The position numbers and the translations under genes are program-made. A DNA stretch of 64,000 nt from Alphaproteobacteria bacterium (lineage in GTDB: Bacteria > Pseudomonadota > Alphaproteobacteria > UBA828), in assembly GCA_965214705.1 (NCBI GenBank), contig OZ243972.1, positions 3,616,001 to 3,680,000 of the forward strand, given 5' to 3'. Below the pieces are notes generated by a model, which did not search any database, had not been told where the DNA came from, and saw only the letters and a list, made by a program, of their open reading frames with translations. Shown here in pieces: positions 61,369 to 64,000 of the stretch. Numbering within the stretch: the first letter of the stretch is position 1; every line of letters begins with the position of its first letter.

Positions 61369-62169
61369 ATGACCCGCCCGGTGCGTGTCGCGGAGATCGA
61401 CTGGACCGAGTACGACCGGCGCGTGCGGGAGGAGCAGCCGGTGGTGATCCTCCCGGTGGGCTCGCTGGAGCAGCACGGGCCCCACCTGCCCATGAACTGC
61501 GATGCCGCGATCCCGACCGCGCTTGCAGAGCGGGTCGCGGCACGCACCGGCGATCTGGTCGCGCCTACCCTCTGCTACGGCTACAAGTCGCAGCCGAAGT
61601 CCGGCGGCGGCAACCACTTTCCCGGCACCACCAGCCTCGACGGCGAGACCCTGATCCGCATGGTCCGCGATATCGTCAGCGAGTTCGCCCGTCACGGCGT
61701 GCGCCGCATGGCGGTGGTGGACGGTCACTACGAGAACAACATGTTTTTAGTGGAGGGCATCGACCTCGCCCTGCGCGGGCTCCGGCGCGACGGCATCGAC
61801 GATATGCGGATCGCCAAGATTCCCTATTGGGAGTACGTCACCCAGGAGACCATGGACGCCGCCTGGCCCGAGGGCTTCCCCGGTTGGCCGCTGGAACATG
61901 CCGGCCTGATGGAGACCTCGGTCATGCTGCACCTCTATCCGGAGCTCGTGGACATGACGAAGGCGCCCGACCACCCGCCGGCCGACTTCCCGCTCTACGA
62001 CATCTATCCGACGGACACCTCGCGGGTGCCCTGGACCGGCGCGCTCTCGCCTTCAATCGCCGCGACGGCGGAGAAGGGCGAGCGTTTCGTTGCCGACTAC
62101 GTGGACGGCATGACCGCCGCGCTGATCGAGATTTTCGGGTCGAGGCGCCAGGACATCGCGGCCGAATAG
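61369..62169 (+). CDS. crnA: Creatininase (creatinine amidohydrolase)
   Basis: PVGSLEQHG, GYKSQPKSGGGNHFPGTTSLDG, GHYENNMFLVEGIDLALR, EHAGLMETS, DHPPADFP; closely follows the recalled Pseudomonas putida CrnA. Confidence 0.88.
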   Translation: MTRPVRVAEIDWTEYDRRVREEQPVVILPVGSLEQHGPHLPMNCDAAIPTALAERVAARTGDLVAPTLCYGYKSQPKSGGGNHFPGTTSLDGETLIRMVRDIVSEFARHGVRRMAVVDGHYENNMFLVEGIDLALRGLRRDGIDDMRIAKIPYWEYVTQETMDAAWPEGFPGWPLEHAGLMETSVMLHLYPELVDMTKAPDHPPADFPLYDIYPTDTSRVPWTGALSPSIAATAEKGERFVADYVDGMTAALIEIFGSRRQDIAAE

Positions 62170-62184
62170 AAGGGGACGCCAGCC

Positions 62185-63144
62185 ATGAGCGAGGGCTTCT
62201 ACGAGCCGGTCAGCGGCATGGACATGCCGCGCTTCAGCGCGATGCCGACCTTCATGCGGCTTCCCCACGTCACCGATTTCTCGGCCGTGGACATCGCGCT
62301 GGTGGGCGTGCCCTGGGACAACGGCACCACCAACCGCGCCGGCGCCCGCCACGGCCCGCGCGAGATCCGCAACATGTCGAGCCTGATGCGGCGCACCCAT
62401 CACACCCTCGGCATCTGCCCCTACGAGCTTTGCCGGGTGGCCGACTGCGGCGACGCCAGCATCAACCCGATCGACCTGCACGACACCATCGGGCGGATCG
62501 AGCGCTTCTTCACCGGCCTGCACGCGGCCGGCGCGGTGCCGCTCTCTGCCGGCGGCGATCACCTGATCACGCTCCCGATCATGCGCGCCATCGCCAGGGA
62601 CCGGCCGGTCGGCATGATCCACTTCGACGCCCATTCCGATACCTGGGACAGCTACTTCGGCGGCTACACCATCACCCACGGCACGCTCTTCCGCCGCGCT
62701 GTGGAGGAGGGGCTGCTCGACCCCAAGCGCACCATCCAGATCGGCATTCGCGGCTCGGTCTACGACCTTCACGACCTGGACTTTGCGCGCGACTCGGGGA
62801 TGCGCGTCGTCACCATCGAGGAGTACTTCGATGTCGGCTGGGAGAAGGTGATTGCCGAGGCCCGCGCCGTGGTCGGCGACGGCCCGACCTACATCAGCTT
62901 CGACGTGGACGGGCTCGACCCGGTCTATGCGCCGGGCACCGGCACGCCCGAAATCGGCGGCTTCTCTACCCACGAGGCGCAACGGATGCTGCGGGGCGCG
63001 CGCGGCCTCAACCTGGTGGGCGGCGACGTGGTGGAGGTTGCGCCGCCTTTCGACCCCAGCGGCAACACGGCGCTGGTGGGCGCCACCATGATGTTCGAAA
63101 TCCTGTGCGTTCTGGCGGAGGCGGTGGCCGAGGCCAAGAGCTGA
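62185..63144 (+). CDS. Ureohydrolase (agmatinase family), guanidinopropionase GpuA-like
   Basis: TFMRLP, GVPWD.GTTNRAGARHGPRE, GGDH, HFDAHSD, SFDVD.LDP, TALVGATMMFE. Confidence 0.88.
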   Translation: MSEGFYEPVSGMDMPRFSAMPTFMRLPHVTDFSAVDIALVGVPWDNGTTNRAGARHGPREIRNMSSLMRRTHHTLGICPYELCRVADCGDASINPIDLHDTIGRIERFFTGLHAAGAVPLSAGGDHLITLPIMRAIARDRPVGMIHFDAHSDTWDSYFGGYTITHGTLFRRAVEEGLLDPKRTIQIGIRGSVYDLHDLDFARDSGMRVVTIEEYFDVGWEKVIAEARAVVGDGPTYISFDVDGLDPVYAPGTGTPEIGGFSTHEAQRMLRGARGLNLVGGDVVEVAPPFDPSGNTALVGATMMFEILCVLAEAVAEAKS

Positions 63145-63158
63145 CGAAGGAGGGGGCC

Positions 63159-63629
63159 ATGGACCACGAAGGCTACATGCGGCAAGCGATCGCGCTCTGC
63201 GAAGAGAAGATGGCGGCGGGCGAAGGCGGCTACTGCGCGACGCTCATCGTGCGGGACGACGAGGTGATCGGCGAGGGCTGGAACAACGTGGCCGAGAACT
63301 GCGATGCCACCGGCCATTGCGAGATCAACGCCATCCGCGATGCGGGCAAGCGCACCCGCAATTGGGACCTCTCCGGTTCGACCCTCTACACCACCTGGGA
63401 GCCCTGCGTCATGTGCGCGGCGGCGATCTGGTGGGCGCGGATCGACCGGGTGTTCTACGGCAATCTGCTCTCCCACGCGTCCGACCTCGGCATCGACCTC
63501 GCCGGACTGGACAAAGAAGTCGCGACGCCGAGCGAGCAGCGGGACCGGCCCTACCGGCGCCTGCTGGGCGATGAGACCTACGCCATGTTCAGGGCGTGGT
63601 GGGACAGCGGGGACCGCACCACCATCTAA
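63159..63629 (+). CDS. Zn-dependent nucleoside/guanine deaminase (CDA fold)
   Basis: GHCEINAIR and EPCVMC zinc motifs; GGAGGGG RBS. Confidence 0.85.
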   Translation: MDHEGYMRQAIALCEEKMAAGEGGYCATLIVRDDEVIGEGWNNVAENCDATGHCEINAIRDAGKRTRNWDLSGSTLYTTWEPCVMCAAAIWWARIDRVFYGNLLSHASDLGIDLAGLDKEVATPSEQRDRPYRRLLGDETYAMFRAWWDSGDRTTI

Positions 63630-63635
63630 TGGTGC

Positions 63636-63664
63636 TTGCACGGCTGAGACGGGCGCGCCATATA
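63636..63664 (+). promoter_or_regulatory. Candidate sigma70 promoter of a small transcript
   Basis: (C)TTGCAC-N17-CATATA, an alphaproteobacterial-type promoter. Confidence 0.5.
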
Positions 63665-63698
63665 CGAGGCGTCGTCAACAACGAAAGGAGGTGATCCA

Positions 63699-63773
63699 GT
63701 GTCAGACTGTCCTAAACCGCGATCGGCGGTCATCGCGAGCTGGGTCTCCCCCTGCGATGGGGCCCACGGCTGA
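63699..63773 (+). CDS. Candidate 24-aa small ORF within an sRNA-like transcript
   Basis: GAAAGGAGGTGATCCA directly precedes GTG; peptide MSDCPKPRSAVIASWVSPCDGAHG*. Confidence 0.45.
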   Translation: MSDCPKPRSAVIASWVSPCDGAHG

Positions 63774-63809
63774 CGGTGACGACGCGATCTGCGGATCGCG
63801 GATTGACGG

Positions 63810-63840
63810 GGAAGGGCCGCCCCAGCCGGGCGGCCCTTCC
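63810..63840 (+). terminator. Perfect 13-bp GC hairpin closing the small transcript
   Basis: GGAAGGGCCGCCC-CAGCC-GGGCGGCCCTTCC; no long U-tract. Confidence 0.6.
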
Positions 63841-63854
63841 AACGTTCCGAGCCC

Positions 63855-64000
63855 ATGACTGACGAGACTCCGGAGGGCGCCACACTCGGCGTCATCCCCG
63901 CCGGATTCTGGCGGCGGGTCGCGGCGTGGGTCATTGACACGATCATCGTGCTGGTGGGCGTCTACCTCGTCGGCTCGTTCCTGTGGCCCGACCTGGTGGA
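63855..64000 (+). CDS. RDD-family membrane protein (5' part, runs off the window)
   Basis: MTDETPEGATLGVIPAGFWRRVAAWVIDTII matches the RDD AGFWRRxxAxxID motif. Confidence 0.8.
   Translation, partial: MTDETPEGATLGVIPAGFWRRVAAWVIDTIIVLVGVYLVGSFLWPDLV

Noticed and set aside
63683-63699. 16S rRNA gene end on the minus strand
   Set aside because: Similarity stops after 17 nt (next bases TGTC, not CCGCA); no rRNA sequence in the flanks.

Overview
High-GC chromosomal window, most likely from an alphaproteobacterium outside the Rhizobiales/Rhodobacterales/Caulobacterales group (tRNA-His keeps G-1:C73; gene set looks Rhodospirillales-like). The backbone is housekeeping: mfd, sdhE, pckA, pepA-holC, ggt, tRNA-His, gshA, rsmE, ubiA, ubiD, pxpA, hisB-H-A-F-E-hinT, comM, nnr, amt. 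Accessory metabolism includes diaminopropionate ammonia-lyase, two LLM oxidoreductases, a sugar-type ABC transporter, an opine/D-amino-acid oxidase triplet and a PotABCD-like transporter with amidohydrolase, creatininase, a GpuA-like ureohydrolase and a deaminase. Three complete IS elements have readable ends and target duplications: IS5 (with an abutting 149-bp MITE), IS1380 (splitting a LuxR-type regulator) and a 2456-bp IS66. The main candidates for new biology are: (1) the IS66 carries, overlapping its transposase start, a minimal Dam-fold methyltransferase that lacks the usual target-recognition domain and is currently frameshifted in a G7 tract; (2) a LuxR-type regulator and a zincin/TbpB-barrel surface lipoprotein share a CCCTCC-N4-GGAGGG palindrome upstream; (3) a small stand-alone transcript has a 17-nt perfect complement to the 16S rRNA 3' end ahead of a 24-codon ORF; (4) a creatinine cluster has no creatinase. 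All calls come from reading the sequence and recalled family motifs; no database searches were run.
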